Positions 24,830 through 38,599 of a stretch of DNA of 64,000 nt are shown here, in pieces; the first letter of the stretch is position 1; every line of letters starts with the position of its first letter. A program made the position numbers and the translations under genes. This DNA comes from Chiloscyllium plagiosum (lineage: Eukaryota), in contig NC_057720.1 of the NCBI RefSeq assembly GCF_004010195.1, forward strand, positions 23,561,105-23,625,104, in the 5' to 3' direction. The notes below the pieces were generated by a model. That model had not been told where the DNA came from and searched no databases. It saw nothing but the letters and a program-made list of their open reading frames with translations.

Positions 24830-27783
24830 GTAATAGAAATAATAGTCTATAGTCATAGGGGATTCAATTGTAAGGGGAGTAGATAGGCATTTCTGTGGTC
24901 ATAAATGAGACTCCCAAATGGTATGTTGCCTCCCAGGTGCACGTGTCAAGGAGGTCTTGGATAGATTGCAGAAATTTCTCAAGGGGGAGGGTGAACAACC
25001 TGTTGTTGTGGTGCACATAGGCACCAATGATATAGGTAAAAAACGGGATGAGGTCCTACAAGAAGAATTTATGGAGTTAAGAAACAAGTTAAAAAGTACG
25101 ACCTCAGAGGTAGTAATCTCAGGATTGCTACCAGCGCCACGTGCTTGTCAGAGTAGGAATGATAGAATAATCAGGATGAACGCGTGGCTTGAGAGATGGT
25201 GCAGGAGGGAGGGGTTCAGATTTTTGGAACATTGAGACCAGTTCTGGGGAAGGTGGGACTTATAAATTAGATGGTCTACACCTCGGCTGGACTGGAACCA
25301 ATGTCCTTGGAGGTGCTTTTGCTAATGCTGTGGGGAGGGTTTAAACTAATGTGGCAGGGGAATGGGAATCAAATGAGGACGTTGGTGGACAGGTAGGAGG
25401 GAGTAACAAAAACCTGTAAGGAACTCGATAATGAAGTCAGCGTGATGAAGGAGAAGAGTAAGCAGGAAGCAGAGGATGAATGCAAAGGGACTGGTTGTCT
25501 GAGGTGCATTTGTTTTAATGCAATAGGTATAGTAGATAAGGCAAGATGATCTTAGAGCTTGGATTAGTATCTGGGAGTATGACATTATAACTTTTACTGA
25601 GACTTGGTTGAGGGAAGGACATGATTGGCAACTAAATATCCCAGGAAATCGATGCTTCAGGCAGGATAGAGAGGGAGGTAAAAGGGGTGGAGGAGTTGCA
25701 TCACTGGTCAATGAAGATATCACAGCTGTGCTAAAGGAGGGAAGACTATGGAAGACTCGAACAGTGAGGCAATATGGGCCAAGCTCAGAAATAGGAAAGG
25801 TATGGTAACAATGTTGGGATTGTACTACAGGCCTCCCAACAGCGAATGTAAGATAGATATTTTGAGAGATTATAGAAAGGTGTAGGAGCTACAGGGTGGT
25901 GGTGCTGGGAGATTTTAATTTTCTCAACATTGACTGAGATTCACTGAGTATTAGAGGACTGGATGGAGCAGAATTTGTAAGGAGCATCCAGGATGGTTTT
26001 CTCGAGCAGGAATCCAACTCGGGAAGGGGCCACAGTGAACCTGGTGTTGGGAAATGAGCCCAGCCAAGTGGTTGAAATTTCAGTAGGGAATTACTTTGGG
26101 AATAGTAATCACAATTCCATAAGTTTTAGAATACTGATGGACAAGGACAAGAGTGGTCCGAAAGGAAGAGTTTGAAATTGGGGGAAGGCCAACTATACCA
26201 AAATTGAGCAGAAGGTAGATTGGATGCAGCTGTTTGAAGGGAAATCCACATTCAATATATGGGAGGCTTTTAAAGAGCGGTTGATTAGATTTCAGGAGAG
26301 ATATGTTCCTGTAAAAATCAGGGAAAGAAATGGCAAGAATTAAGAAACCATGGATGACAGGTTAAATTGTGAGATTAGCTGAGAGGAAAATGGACACGTA
26401 CATATGGTTTAGATGACTGAAGGCAGACAAAGCCTTAGAAGAATACCGGGAATGTAGGACCAATTTGAAACGAGGAATTAAGAAGGTTAAAAAGGGTCAT
26501 GAGATATCCTTACGAGCAAGGTTATGGGAAACCCCAAAGTTGTTTATTCATACATAACGAGCAAGAGAGCAACTAGAGAAAGCGTTGGCCCACTCAAGGA
26601 CAAAGGAGGAAAGTTATGCATTGAGTCAGAGAAAATGGGTGAGATTCTTAATGAATGCTTTGCATCGGTATTCACCAAGGAGAGGGATATGGCAGATGTT
26701 AAGGTTAGGAATAGATCTTTAATTACTCTCAGTCGAGTCAGCGTAAGGAGGGAGGAAGTGTTGTGTATTCTAAAAGGTATTAAGGTGGACAAGTCCCTGA
26801 TCCAGATGGGATCTATCCCAGGTTACTGAGGGAAGCGAGAGAGGAAATAGTTGGGGCTTTAACAGATATCTTTGCAACATCCTTGAACACGGGGGAGGTC
26901 CAATAGGACTGGAGAATTGCTAATGTTGTCCCCTTGTTTAAGAAGAGTAGCATGGATAATCTAGGTAATTACAGACCTGTGAACCTGATGTCACTAGTAG
27001 GGAAGCTACTGAAGAAGATACTAAGGAATAGGATATATTCCAATCTGGGAGGAATTGGGCTTATCAGTGATAGGCAGCATGGTTTTGTGCAGGGAAGATT
27101 ATGTCTTTTAAACCTAATAGAATTCTTTGAAGAGGTGACAAAGTTGATTGAAGAGAAAAGGGATATAGATGTCATATACATGAATTTATGCATGCTGTCC
27201 TTCATTGGATGGGGTATTGAGTACAAGGGTTGGCAGGTCATGTTACAGTTGTATAAGACTTTAGTCCAGCCACATTTGGAATACTGCGTGTAGTTCTGGT
27301 CACCACATTACCAAAAGGATGCGGATGAGAAGGAGAGGGTGCAGAGGAAGTTCATAAGAATGTTGCCTTATTTGGAGGATGCTAGCTATGAGAATTAGGA
27401 TTATTTTCATTTGAAAGAAGAAGGTTGAGGGGGAACCTGATTGAGAGGTGTAGACAGGGTGGATAGCAAGAAACTTTTTTCCCGGAGTAGAGGACTCAAT
27501 TATTAGGGGTCACGAGTTCAAAGTGGGAGCGGAAAAGTTTAGGGGAAATATGCGTGGAAAGTTCTTCACGCAGAGGGTGGTGGGTGCCTGGAATGCAGAG
27601 ATGGTAAGGACAGAAACGATACCATTATTTAAAATGTATGTAGACAGATACATGAATGAGCAGGGAGCAAAGGGATACAGATCCTTAGAAAATAGGTGAC
27701 AGGTTTAGATAGAGGATTGGTACAGGCATGGAGAGCTGAAGGCACTGTTCCTGTGTTCTAAGGTGCTTTGTTCTTTGTTCTTT
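24830..27783 (+). mobile_element. Near-full-length decayed CR1 LINE (SGNH esterase ORF1, APE endonuclease, RT with internal deletion)
   Basis: ORF1 VIGDSIV..VCCLPGARV..VVVHIGTND..DGLH; ORF2 TETWL, GGGVA, YYRPP, GDFNF, NYRPV, QHGF; (TGTTCTT)n tail. Confidence 0.95.
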
Positions 27784-28689
27784 AAAATAGAGTTTGTGAG
27801 TTTGGAAGTAATAAANNNNNNNNNNNNNNNNNNNNNNNNNNNNNNNNNNNNNNNNNNNNNNNNNNNNNNNNNNNNNNNNNNNNNNNNNNNNNNNNNNNNN
27901 NNNNNNNNNNNNNNNNNNNNNNNNNNNNNNNNNNNNNNNNNNNNNNNNNNNNNNNNNNNNNNNNNNNNNNNNNNNNNNNNNNNNNNNNNNNNNNNNNNNN
28001 NNNNNNNNNNNNNNNNNNNNNNNNNNNNNNNNNNNNNNNNNNNNNNNNNNNNNNNNNNNNNNNNNNNNNNNNNNNNNNNNNNNNNNNNNNNNNNNNNNNN
28101 NNNNNNNNNNNNNNNNNNNNNNNNNNNNNNNNNNNNNNNNNNNNNNNNNNNNNNNNNNNNNNNNNNNNNNNNNNNNNNNNNNNNNNNNNNNNNNNNNNNN
28201 NNNNNNNNNNNNNNNNNNNNNNNNNNNNNNNNNNNNNNNNNNNNNNNNNNNNNNNNNNNNNNNNNNNNNNNNNNNNNNNNNNNNNNNNNNNNNNNNNNNN
28301 NNNNNNNNNNNNNNNAGACCACAATGAACCAATCAAATGTCAGCTCTCTCAGACCGTAGGACTCACACCTAATAGCCAAATACTCTAGTCCATCCTCACA
28401 CAATTGTCCGCTTTTCCACCACCTCTCATTACTTCCACAGGTGTGAAGGAGATGTGACTCACAAAACAGACTGTGTAATTTTGCCTCAGTTCTGGGGTGG
28501 CAAACTCGTCCAGTAGTTAAAATGCACCCTTAAATCTATAGTGTGGAGTTCTTCCACATATTCTCACGGATTGAGAAACCTATTAAAAAAGGAGACGGAC
28601 GTCATAAACATTTACAGAACAGGAAAAGGCAATGGGTTCACTGAGTATGAACTAACTGCTTGCTCTAGTACCTCTCTCATAATTTATTT

Positions 28690-29050
28690 TTAAAAATATT
28701 TCTTGGGATATAAGCAACTCTGGAAAACCCAGTATTTGTTGCCCTTTAACTGATTGACTCAGCCATTTCAATGGTCTTTTAAGAGTCAACCATTTTGCTA
28801 TGGATCTGGAGTCAGATATAGGTCAGACCAAATCAGTATGGCAGCTTTCCTTCTCGAAAGGACATGAGTGAAACATATGGGCTTTTTCTATATTTTTAAA
28901 AATTGTTATTGATGGTAGTTACATGATTATCATTCGGCCAAGTTTTATTCTAGATTTCTTATTACCTACTACAGTGGGACTCAAATCCAGAATATTAGCC
29001 TGGGAGTCTGGATTGCTAGTCGAGTGACATGATCAATGTGCCACATCCTC
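28690..29050 (-). mobile_element. SlmI-like tRNA SINE, degenerate
   Basis: TAAGAGTCAACCAT..CTGGAGTCA antisense core, as at 17830-17870. Confidence 0.65.
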
Positions 29051-29599
29051 CCAATAAATCGTTGATCTTTGTTATCTGTTAATAATATTTGTCACTACTG
29101 GATTGAAATGTGTAAAAAGGTCAGTCTCAGCCCATTCCTCATTGCAACATGTTCCATTTTGCAAAATTGCTCATCTTAAAAAAATTCTCCTGACAAGTGA
29201 CAGTGTTAACTTAATGATTTTGCATCACTGATTCTGTGGTCAAATAAAATAATGGTTCCATAGTCACTAGTTCAAAATGTCTTGCAGTTCTTTTAAAAGA
29301 GAGCTTATTAACTCTTCTCTTTACCCTTTTATTATTCAATTGGAAAATAGCCCTAATTAGTATCAGAAAGGCCATTTGACCTATTGCATCTATGCTGATT
29401 CTATTAAAGTTCAGTTTAGACCCACACTCATATGGTTGTAAGTTCCTCAGTCTCAAATACAATGTAAAAAAAAATGTTTATTGAAGTTTGCATCATCTTT
29501 TCAGGTAAAGTATTCTAAATGCTGGTAATTCTCTGAGTTATAAAAAAAAACTCCTTTCCCCTCTAAATCTTTTTCTAATGATTTTATATTCATGGCCTC

Positions 29600-32056
29600 T
29601 GGTCTTTGATGGGAGATTTTAATTTTCCCAGCATCGACTGGGATACACTTAGTGTCAGAGGTCTGAATGGGGTAGAATGTGTAAGAAGCGTCCAGGAGAG
29701 TTTTCTAGAGCAGTATGTCAATTGTCCGATGAGGGAAGGAGCCATATTGGACCTCGTACTGGGGAACAAGCCAGGACAGATGGTAGAAGTTGCGGTGGGG
29801 ATTTTTTTGGGAACAGTGACCACAATTCTGTAAGCTTTAGAATACTTATAGATAAAGAAGAGAGTAGTCCTAAGGGGAGAGTACTAAACTGGGCCAAGGC
29901 CAATTATATCAAAATTAGGCAGGAGCTGGGAAATGTGGATTGGACACAGCTTTTGAAGGGAAGTCCACGTTTGAGATGTGGGAGGCTTTCAAAGATAGGT
30001 TAAGGCTAGTGCAGGATAGACATGTCCAGTTGAAGACAAAGGATAGGAAGGGCAAGATTTGTGAACCGTGGATGACAGGAGAAATTGTATGACTAGCCAA
30101 GAGGAAAAGGGAAGCGTACATAAGGTCTAGGCAGCTAAGAACAGAACGGACCATGGAGGAATATTGGAAGGGTAGGACAAGTCTTAAACAAGGAATCAAG
30201 CGGGCTAAAAGGGGTCATGAAATAGCTTTAGCGAGTAGAATTAAGGAGATTCCCAAAGCATTTTATTCTTGTATAAGAAGCAAGCGGGTAACTAGAGACA
30301 GGATTGGTCCACTAAAGGATAATGAAGGAAGGCTGTGTGTCGAACCTGAGAGAATGTGTAAGATTCTGAATGATTACTTTGCACCAATGTTCACTGAGGA
30401 GAGGAACATGATGAATCTTGAAATTAGAGATAGAAGTTTGATTAGTCTGGATCACGTTGACCTAAATAGGGAAGATGTGTTGGGTAGGCTAAAGGTTATT
30501 AAAGTGAACAAATCCCCAGGACCGGATGGCATCCATCCCAGGTTGCTGAGGGAGGCGAGAGAGGAAATAGCTGGGGCCCTGACAGATAACTTTGTGGCAT
30601 CCTTAAATACAGGTGAGGTGCTGGAGGACTGGAAGGTTGCTCATGTTGTCCCCCTGTACAAGAATAGTAGTAGGGATATTCTGGGTAACTACAGACCAGT
30701 GAGTCTGACGTCGGTGGTGGGAAAATTGCTGGAGACGGTATTAAGGGATAGGATCTATTTATAGTTAGAAAAGAATGGGCTTATCAGTGATAGGCAACAT
30801 GGTTTTGTGCAGGGGAGATCATGCCTTACCAACTTAATAGAGTTCTTCGAGGAAGTGACCAAGTTGATAGGTGAAGGAAGGGCTGTTGATGTCATATACA
30901 TGGACTTTAGTAAGGCATTTGATAAGGTTCCCCATGGTAGACTAATGGAGAAAGTGAAGTCACATGGTGTGCAGGGTGTTCTCGCAAGGTGGATAAAGAA
31001 CTGGTTGAGCAACAGGAAACAGAGTGTAGTAGTTGAAGGGAGTTTCTCGAAAGGTGACCAGTGGTGTTCCACAGGGATCAGTGTTGGGGCCACTATTGTT
31101 CATAATATACATAAATGATCTGGAAGACGGCACTGTTGGTATGATCAGCAAGTTTGCAGATGACACAAAGATTGGTGGAGTAGCAGAAAGCATAAGGGAC
31201 TGTCAGTGAATACAGGAGGATATAGATAGACTGGAGAGTTGGGCAGAAAGATGGCAGATGGATTTCAATTCAGACAATGTGAGATGATGTATTTAGGCAA
31301 GACTAATTCTAGAGTGAATTATACAATTAATGAAAGAGCCTTGGGAAAAGTTGATGGGCAGAGAGATCTGGGAGTGCAGGTCCATTGTACCCTGAAGGTT
31401 GCTGCACAGGTGGATAGAGTGGTCAAGAAGGCATATAGTATGCTTGCCTTCATTGGATGGGGTATTGAGTATAGTAGCTGGCAAGTCATGTTGTATAAGA
31501 CAGTTCGGCCGCATGTAGGATACTGTGTACAGTTCTGGTCACCACATTACCAAAAGGATGTGGACGCTTTGGAGAGGGTGCAGAGAAGGTTTACGAGGAT
31601 GTTGCCTGGTATGGAAGGTGCTAGCTATGAAGACAGGTTGAGTAGGTTAGGTTTATTTTCATTAGAAAAAAGGAGATTGAGGGGGGACCTGATTGAGGTT
31701 TACAAAATCATGAAGGGGATAGACAGGGTGGATAGAGACAAGCTTTTTCCCAAGGGGAAGGATTCAATAATGAGAGGTCACACTTTCAAGGTGAGAGGTG
31801 AAAAGTTTAAGGGGATACACATGGCAAATACTTCACACAGAGGGTGGTGGGCGTCTGGAATGCATTGCCAGCAGAGGTGATAGAGGCAGGTACGGTAGAT
31901 TCATTTAAGATGCGTCTGGATGGATGCATGAGTAGGTGGGGAACAGAGGGATACAGATGCTTAGGAATTGACCAACAGGTTTAGACAGTGGATTTGGATC
32001 GGCTCAGCCTTGGAGGGCCGAAGGGCCTGGTTCTGGGCTGTAAATTTTCTTTGTTC
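29600..32056 (+). mobile_element. 5'-truncated CR1 LINE ORF2 (endonuclease end and RT), frameshifted
   Basis: [71 protein letters not shown]. Confidence 0.96.
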
Positions 32057-32059
32057 TCT

Positions 32060-33105
32060 TCAGTTATTGATCAACTCAATAAATGCAATAGTTCTTTTTT
32101 CTACTTACTTTATCAAAACTCCTCATCATCTTGAAATCTTACAGAAATCTTTCCTCTTAAATTTATTTTCCATCCTGAGAACCAAATTAGTGAATCTGTA
32201 CAGTATCCTTTCGATGCATCTAATGTTTCTTTTTTACAGTGCATCTGCAATTTCACAAAATACTCTAACTGTAATCTAACAAATACTTGGTACAAATGTG
32301 CCATTACTTCTTTGTTTTGTATTCAATGACTCGGCTAATAAAATTCTAGATGCCACTTTGCATTAGTACATTGACCTATACATCCAGAGATTGATATAAA
32401 CCAACTCAACAAGCCAAGTTTATGCCTAGAGGCTACATTGAAAATCAATCCCATTGTCTCATCCTAAATTATTAGTGTACAGTCCACTGATTAGCTGTGT
32501 ACTCATGTCGTCTTTTGCAGAATTCCACTAAATCCTTATTTTGCTGTCATCAGCAAATTTTAATATTGAACTATACACCTAAGTCAAAATCACCAGTACT
32601 GTATTTATGCCAGTAACAAAAGTGGAGCCTGCACTAATCTTTGGGGTTTGACACCTTCAATGCTTCTCCAATCCAAGCAACCTGTGTTATTTTCTATCAA
32701 CTGACTTGTTATCAGTGGTGTGACACAAAAAGGTCAGGCAGCATCCGAGGAGCAGGAAAAGGGCTTTTGCCTGAAACATAAATTTTCCTGCTCCTCGGAT
32801 GCTGCTTGGCCTGCTGTGCTTTCCCAACACCACTCTAATCTCACCAATGTTCTTACCAGCTGCAACATGACATCCCAACTCCTACAAGTGTACTAAGTGC
32901 CTTCTTCACCACTCTGCCTACTTGTGAGTCCATTTTCAAGGAGCTATGAACCTGCGCCCCTAGATCTGATTTTGTGACTACACCACCCAGGGCCCTACCA
33001 TTAACTGTCTAAGTCCTGCCCTGGTTTGCCTTACCAAAATGTGACACCTGACATTTATTTAAATTAAACTCCATCTGCCACTCTTCAGTCCATTGGCCCA
33101 ATTGA
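32060..33105 (-). mobile_element. Degenerate antisense CR1 fragments interrupted by a PLE fold-back
   Basis: Antisense remnants of LYQVFVRLQLEYF, KFADD-like, and WQMEFNLNKCQVSHFGK. Confidence 0.6.
32712..32840. mobile_element. Penelope-derived fold-back (family A)
   Basis: GCAGCATCCGAGGAGCAGGAAAA / TTTTCCTGCTCCTCGGATGCTGC inverted arms around a hammerhead stem II remnant. Confidence 0.8.
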
Positions 33106-34904
33106 CTTATACAGTGGACTTTGATAGAAGCAGAGTCTTTTCAAATTTCTTTGTTCCCAGTAGACTCAGACATGATCTATGCACCATCCAATCTGATCTC
33201 ACAGAAGTTGGAATGAGGCCACACAGCACTGCCGGACTTCTTTTGATGTACCTGTGATAGCACAAGCTTTCCACCAGATGGCAAAAGATTCCAGACAATC
33301 AACCAAAATCATCTTCAGTATTTGCTTGGACATCTCTTTTATAGTGTGTCATCACAATTCCATCTCTGAGTCCTATTAAAACAGTCATCCCTTGTAGTTT
33401 ATTCAGAATGCTTTCAAGTTGTGCTGGTCATTTGCTTGCTATACACGCAAGATACTTTATACTTCAGGATCAATTTAAAATCAATCCATTTAATGTCTCA
33501 GTATGAGATATGTGACACCTCACTTCAATTATACCATTGCAATATGTACAATTGCAGCTAACATGCTCCATGCTGCTCAGGTCATTGTTGTCTCTCACCG
33601 CCTGCTGCAGTCAGTTTTCATCTATCAACTAACTCATCTCCTTGATGCTTAGCAAAAAGCTTTAATATTGTGAGCATGAGTTCTGTTGTGTAATCTTTTA
33701 AATACGTTTTTAAAATGCAATGCAGAGGTCAGTAAGATTTGCAGGCAGATTTTCATTGCCAGAATGAGTTGTGGTGTATATATGTTCCAATAGCACCAAT
33801 GCCCTGTGAGCTAGTTTGCTCCTTTAGCTGCTGACCCAGGTCGTTTCCGTGAGGGTGTGAGCAAAGCAGTGGGACAGCAGGCTCCCATTCTCACCTACAG
33901 CACTGTTCAGCCCGACAATCGCACTTAATGAACTAATTGCCATTCCTTTGAATCTTTTCAAGCTTTCATGGGACAGATGACCTTCAAGATCTGTCCAATA
34001 TAGACTGGCTCAGTAGGCAGAGAGGATAGGATCACCTGTAATTTGACAGGAAAGGGTTAATTTATGAGGGGAAGTGATAAGACTTAACAGAGAAGAAGGG
34101 ACTTACCTTATCACAGGAAAAGTTGAAAAAACTTTACCAGTTCTCTTTCCTGCCCAGTTCTGGGTTCCAGTGATCCACCTGGCCTCAAGTAGACAATCTG
34201 CATGTTCCTTTTTTTCGATTTCCAACAGTCTGCATTTCCAACAGTCCTGCATTGTAACCACCTTCCCACTGGCCACAAGTTGGCTAGCAAAACTGTCCCT
34301 GACCCAACTGACAGCTTAACTCCACCAAACTATCAATAGGCAGAGTCCTCCCAGACCTAGAATGACATGGGCTATGGTGAGAAATTTGGGAGAATTTGGT
34401 GAGAAGTAGAATGAAGTCTTTCTTGATTTTGAGTCTGACAAGTCTGGCATTTTCCAGAATTCTAGATGAGGTTCTCGCTGGGGAGCTGTGAGGATCCTTG
34501 CATATTATTACTCAATCTCATCTCATTCACATGCACTCTCCTTTCATGCCAGCATGAGAGAGAAACTAGACACTAAGAATTCATGACATGAAAGTCAAAG
34601 TGGGAACCTGGCAACTCCAACTTGCTGCATGGTCATCCAGACTTCCAGCTTAGACACAGGTCAGCAATGTTTTAGGGCACACTCTGTGGATAGTGGCAAC
34701 ATGGACTTCATATTCAACAGACATTGGCATTCAATATATCCCAGCTTCACCAGCACTCTAACATCATATCGCCATCCAACTTACAGTATGCTTCTCCACT
34801 TGAATGTTGCACTTTGGATGCCTCAGCACCTTTCATTGTTGCAAGGACATTCCGCATGATTGGGCATACACCCAGCTTATGGATTGGACCAGGCTGTATC
34901 CCAG

Positions 34905-35123
34905 AGCTAACAATAAATGGAAGTTGCTGAAAAAGCTCATCAGGCCAGGCAACATCTGTGAAGAGAAATCAAAGTTAATATTTCGGGTCCGGTGACCCTT
35001 CCTCAATTCTGAATGAGGAGTGCTAACTTTGATTTCACCTCACAGATGCTCCCAGATCTGCTGAGCTTTTCCAGCAACTTCTGTTATTGTTTCTGATTTA
35101 CAGTATCCACAATTCTTTCGGCT
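34905..35123. mobile_element. Penelope-derived fold-back (family B)
   Basis: Inverted arms; TSD TGTATCCCAG at 34895-34904 and 35124-35133; degenerate hammerhead TTGAGGA-AGGGTC-ACCG-GACCC-GAAA on the minus strand. Confidence 0.8.
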
Positions 35124-35728
35124 TGTATCCCAGGTCTGTTTGCTTGCTGTCTTAGCATTCACTCACTTTGAACCTACTTGGACATGCAGAGTTTTTTTTC
35201 CTGATTTGCCTTCCTTTATTATGCTTTGCTCCCCCCAGCCAGTGCTCGCAGGTGCACACAACCTCTGTCTTGCCTTGCTGTTTAGCTCAGACTCAAGCCA
35301 GGCAGATTGCCATGGTTGTCATCAGTGACCAGATAAACAAATAGACATATTGCTGTATGGCATCATGCTACCTGTATTTCACATCTGCAACATGAGCCAA
35401 CAGCTTATGTCACAAGCACACTGAAGGTGCTTCAACCAAATTGCCATGTCACAAAGTCTAAGAAGGCTACTCGTCAGTTAAGAAACATTCTTGGTCAGGA
35501 CTTCCCAGCACAGTAAGTTGAGGGCAGCCTTTGATATCAGTGCAGGAGTAGGAGCACATTCAGTCAACCACTTGGAGTGGTCAGTGTCAGACACTTCTCC
35601 TCAGAGGGATGAGGAGCTATATATCAGGCAGCCTGCCACTCATCCTTGCTTTCTCTGCAATTGTGCTTATTCCTGGAATGAGAGAAAGCGAAGGATTAAA
35701 TGAGATGAAAGTGTCTAGCACAGCTATT

Positions 35729-35821
35729 TTGCTGCTCGTCGGATGCTGCCTGAATTGCTGTGCTCTTCCAGCACTACTGATCCAGAATCTGGTTTCCAGC
35801 ATCTGCAGTCATTGTTTTTAC
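35729..35821 (+). mobile_element. Short Penelope 3' end insertion
   Basis: Matches 171-231 and the reverse complement of 55758-55840; TSD CAC(A/C)GCTATT. Confidence 0.85.
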
Positions 35822-36947
35822 CACCGCTATTAGTGCTGATGCAGGTGTAAATAAGGTGGTGAGGCCTCCAAAACAAGTGGGTAGGCAGTGCAGAGAGGTT
35901 AGCCGTGAGGGCGGGTTTAGATGGATGAGACTGAGTGAGTGAGGGAAGATGTTGCATGCAATCGTGAGAATAGTAGAGCATGAGTCTTGGTGAGATCTAG
36001 TTGTAGTTGTAGCGATAGAGTAGGAGGTGGCTGAAAGACAGTGGAGGTACCTACCCTGGTGAAATGGACAAGGTAATTGACATTCTTCATATACTGCAGC
36101 ACATTCCTCCAGCTGTCTGATTGGGGTAGCAACCTTGGAGCAGTCTGACAGGATCGGACGGCATGGCCTCTTCAGCTGATCCTGTGGAAAAGACATTTCT
36201 ATTGTGCACCATCCCATCAACCAGGACCTCGAGGTTCCTGTCCACATTGATTGTCATCAAGTGGGTCACATATAAGACAAATGTTACAAACAATGCAGGG
36301 CAGCTCCAGACCGACAGTGCTTGAATAGGTACACAACAGCCTTTTAAAGTTGCACTGGCACCAGGGATCCCAGGATGTTTCAGCAGTGTTGAGTTCTTCC
36401 ATCTGCAATGAGTGGAAGAATTGGTCTAGCACTCGACAAAAGGGTGCCATAGGGACATGCTGGGTGGTTAATGAGCCAAGTTTTGGACAATAGCATGAGA
36501 AAACATGCTCGGACCTGCAGAGAGAAATAACTCATGAAACCCAACGCAAATGACACTTTGCCAAAATACAGCAAGATTTAGCCCAATAAATATCAACATC
36601 CCCATCAGGCATAGGTTTATGACTCAGTAATGAACCTGTCTCCACCACAAAAATATAGCCTTTTCTTTCAAAAATCAGGTCTCCTGAGCCCTTCAACTCT
36701 GTAATGTTCAAGAATCTAATTATTTTTCAATTATAAACATAATTAGGCATTTCATTTTAATTTGATAGAAATAGAAATATTTAAGTAGTCATCAAGTTAA
36801 ACAAATAGCATCATTTAAAAAATTATGAGTTTTACAGATGTTTTTGTATTGTCCCATTGAGCGATTAAGGTAAATAAGGTGGATATAAGTTTTACTCCAG
36901 TTGATGTAACACAATATGCAGATTTTATCTGATTGATCTGTAGTGAT

Positions 36948-37176
36948 TGTAATGAGGTCAGCCAGCTGAACATCATAGAATGTGCATTCCCTGATTGGAG
37001 GCTGTTAATCTGGTCCAGTCTGGGAGCCCTGGCTGTTATACAAAAAGATTGAGAGTCAGAGAGCCTGTCACTCTGCTACCTGACTCTGTTTCAGGCAGTA
37101 CTATAGTTGAGGACTGTTATTGTATAAATAAAGGGGAACTTGGTGATGGGATGTTGGCTTCTGTGGACTTACTTCA
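36948..37176 (+). mobile_element. Short solo LTR (Gypsy-like)
   Basis: TG...CA termini, AATAAA near the 3' end; second partial copy at 41572-41723. Confidence 0.75.
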
Positions 37177-38599
37177 GATCAGCTCTGCATGTAAACATTT
37201 GAACTTTGAGTTAAGTAATAAGCACCTATTATAATAGTTTTATTTCCCAACTTAAGTTAACATTAAAGTTAATACATATTAGCAAATATAAACATAATTT
37301 ACATGAACTGACATTCAGTCGTGATCGTAATTTTTATACTAGAGTATTAATTTGCATTGTGTGAAAGCTCAAAGTTCTAAGCTTGTCTAATAATCAGTTC
37401 CAATGAATTTGAATGAAACAACCTTGAGAGGCTGATGGTCCACCCCAGTTCTTGTATTCCAGATAGAACTAGATAATGTGCAAGACAAGTAAAAGGCTAA
37501 TGTTTCCGTTCAGCTCAAGAATACTTTTAACCATGCTGACTTCTCATAGTTAGGTATAATTGATCTTTTCAATAGCTTATAGTTTATTCACTTCTTAAAA
37601 CTAATTGGCACAGCCCCAGTAATGTAAAATCTGCCTGTACTGCTCATAAAACAAAGCGTTTCGCTTAGGTACATGTGACTACAATAAAGCAAATGAATAA
37701 ATCAAATCCAGTCAAAAATCTAAATTCTTGCATAGCATCAACTTGCACTTCTATATTGCCTTCAATGGATCTCTAGATTATCAAGCATTACCAATATTTG
37801 AAAAACACATCAAAATGCAGAAAGAGATTTTAACTCAGGTGGTTAAAAGCTTAGTTGTTGTTAATTTTCCCACCAGTCTAGGCTCTGCCTGGGAGTTGGC
37901 TGTAAAATGGTGAAGGGAGGGCAGCAGATGGAGTGCCTATCGAGTGATAGGTCCATGGTTTTACCAGCAACAGAGTACACGGAAGTCAGTCTTCCTAAAC
38001 AGATGTCAATTGAACCACCGTAAGCAGGCAATAACGTTGCTGCTTACCTGAAGTGGTGGGACCCTGCAGTAAATGAGAGAAGATGACTTGGTGAACTCTG
38101 ACAGTCTCCCTCTGGGCTTGTGGGTGGGGTGCACCTCCTTTTTGGCACACGTTGACCTATGACAAGTCTCCATTGTGACAGTACCCTTAGCTTTTTCATC
38201 AGGGTTCCAACTGCTCAGACAAAATTGTGGAATAGTCACTTGCCTTGTTTACTTAGATCCTGGATATCCAATAAATAATTAATTATTAATTCAGCAGGAA
38301 TTGTATTAAAATGTGGAGCATGGATTTTCCATCCTGGCATGGGGCAAATTCAAATCAGATACAGTGAAAAAGAGGCTGTGTGGCTGGAGTTTTGCAGCTA
38401 CAGTCTGAGTCCTTCCAGCCACCATTCTAACCAATGTGCATGAAACGTCGAGACCTATCTCAACTTTGTACTTCGTGGAGTTTGAAATCTTCAGCGAGGT
38501 GAATACGTACCTGAAACTCGAGTAAAAGATGTCAGGTCAGATGACTTGGAAATCATTGGGGGAACCTGCTTTTGAGTTTACAACTTTTAGATAGGTAGG

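Larger units (their letters stand above)
34338..36584 (-). mobile_element. Harbinger/PIF-type DNA transposon carrying a decayed Myb/SANT gene
   Basis: Ends AGGCAGAGTC.. and ..GATTTAGCCC flanked by 3-bp AAT; exon remnant DRNLEVLVDGMV..WRNVLQYMKNVNYLVHFTR|gtaggt (36055-36260); subterminal regions homologous to 51981-54346. Confidence 0.75.

Noticed and set aside
27685..28403. Long ORFs in the track (also 20767-21366 and 55992-56504)
   Set aside because: Artefacts of translation through N gaps.
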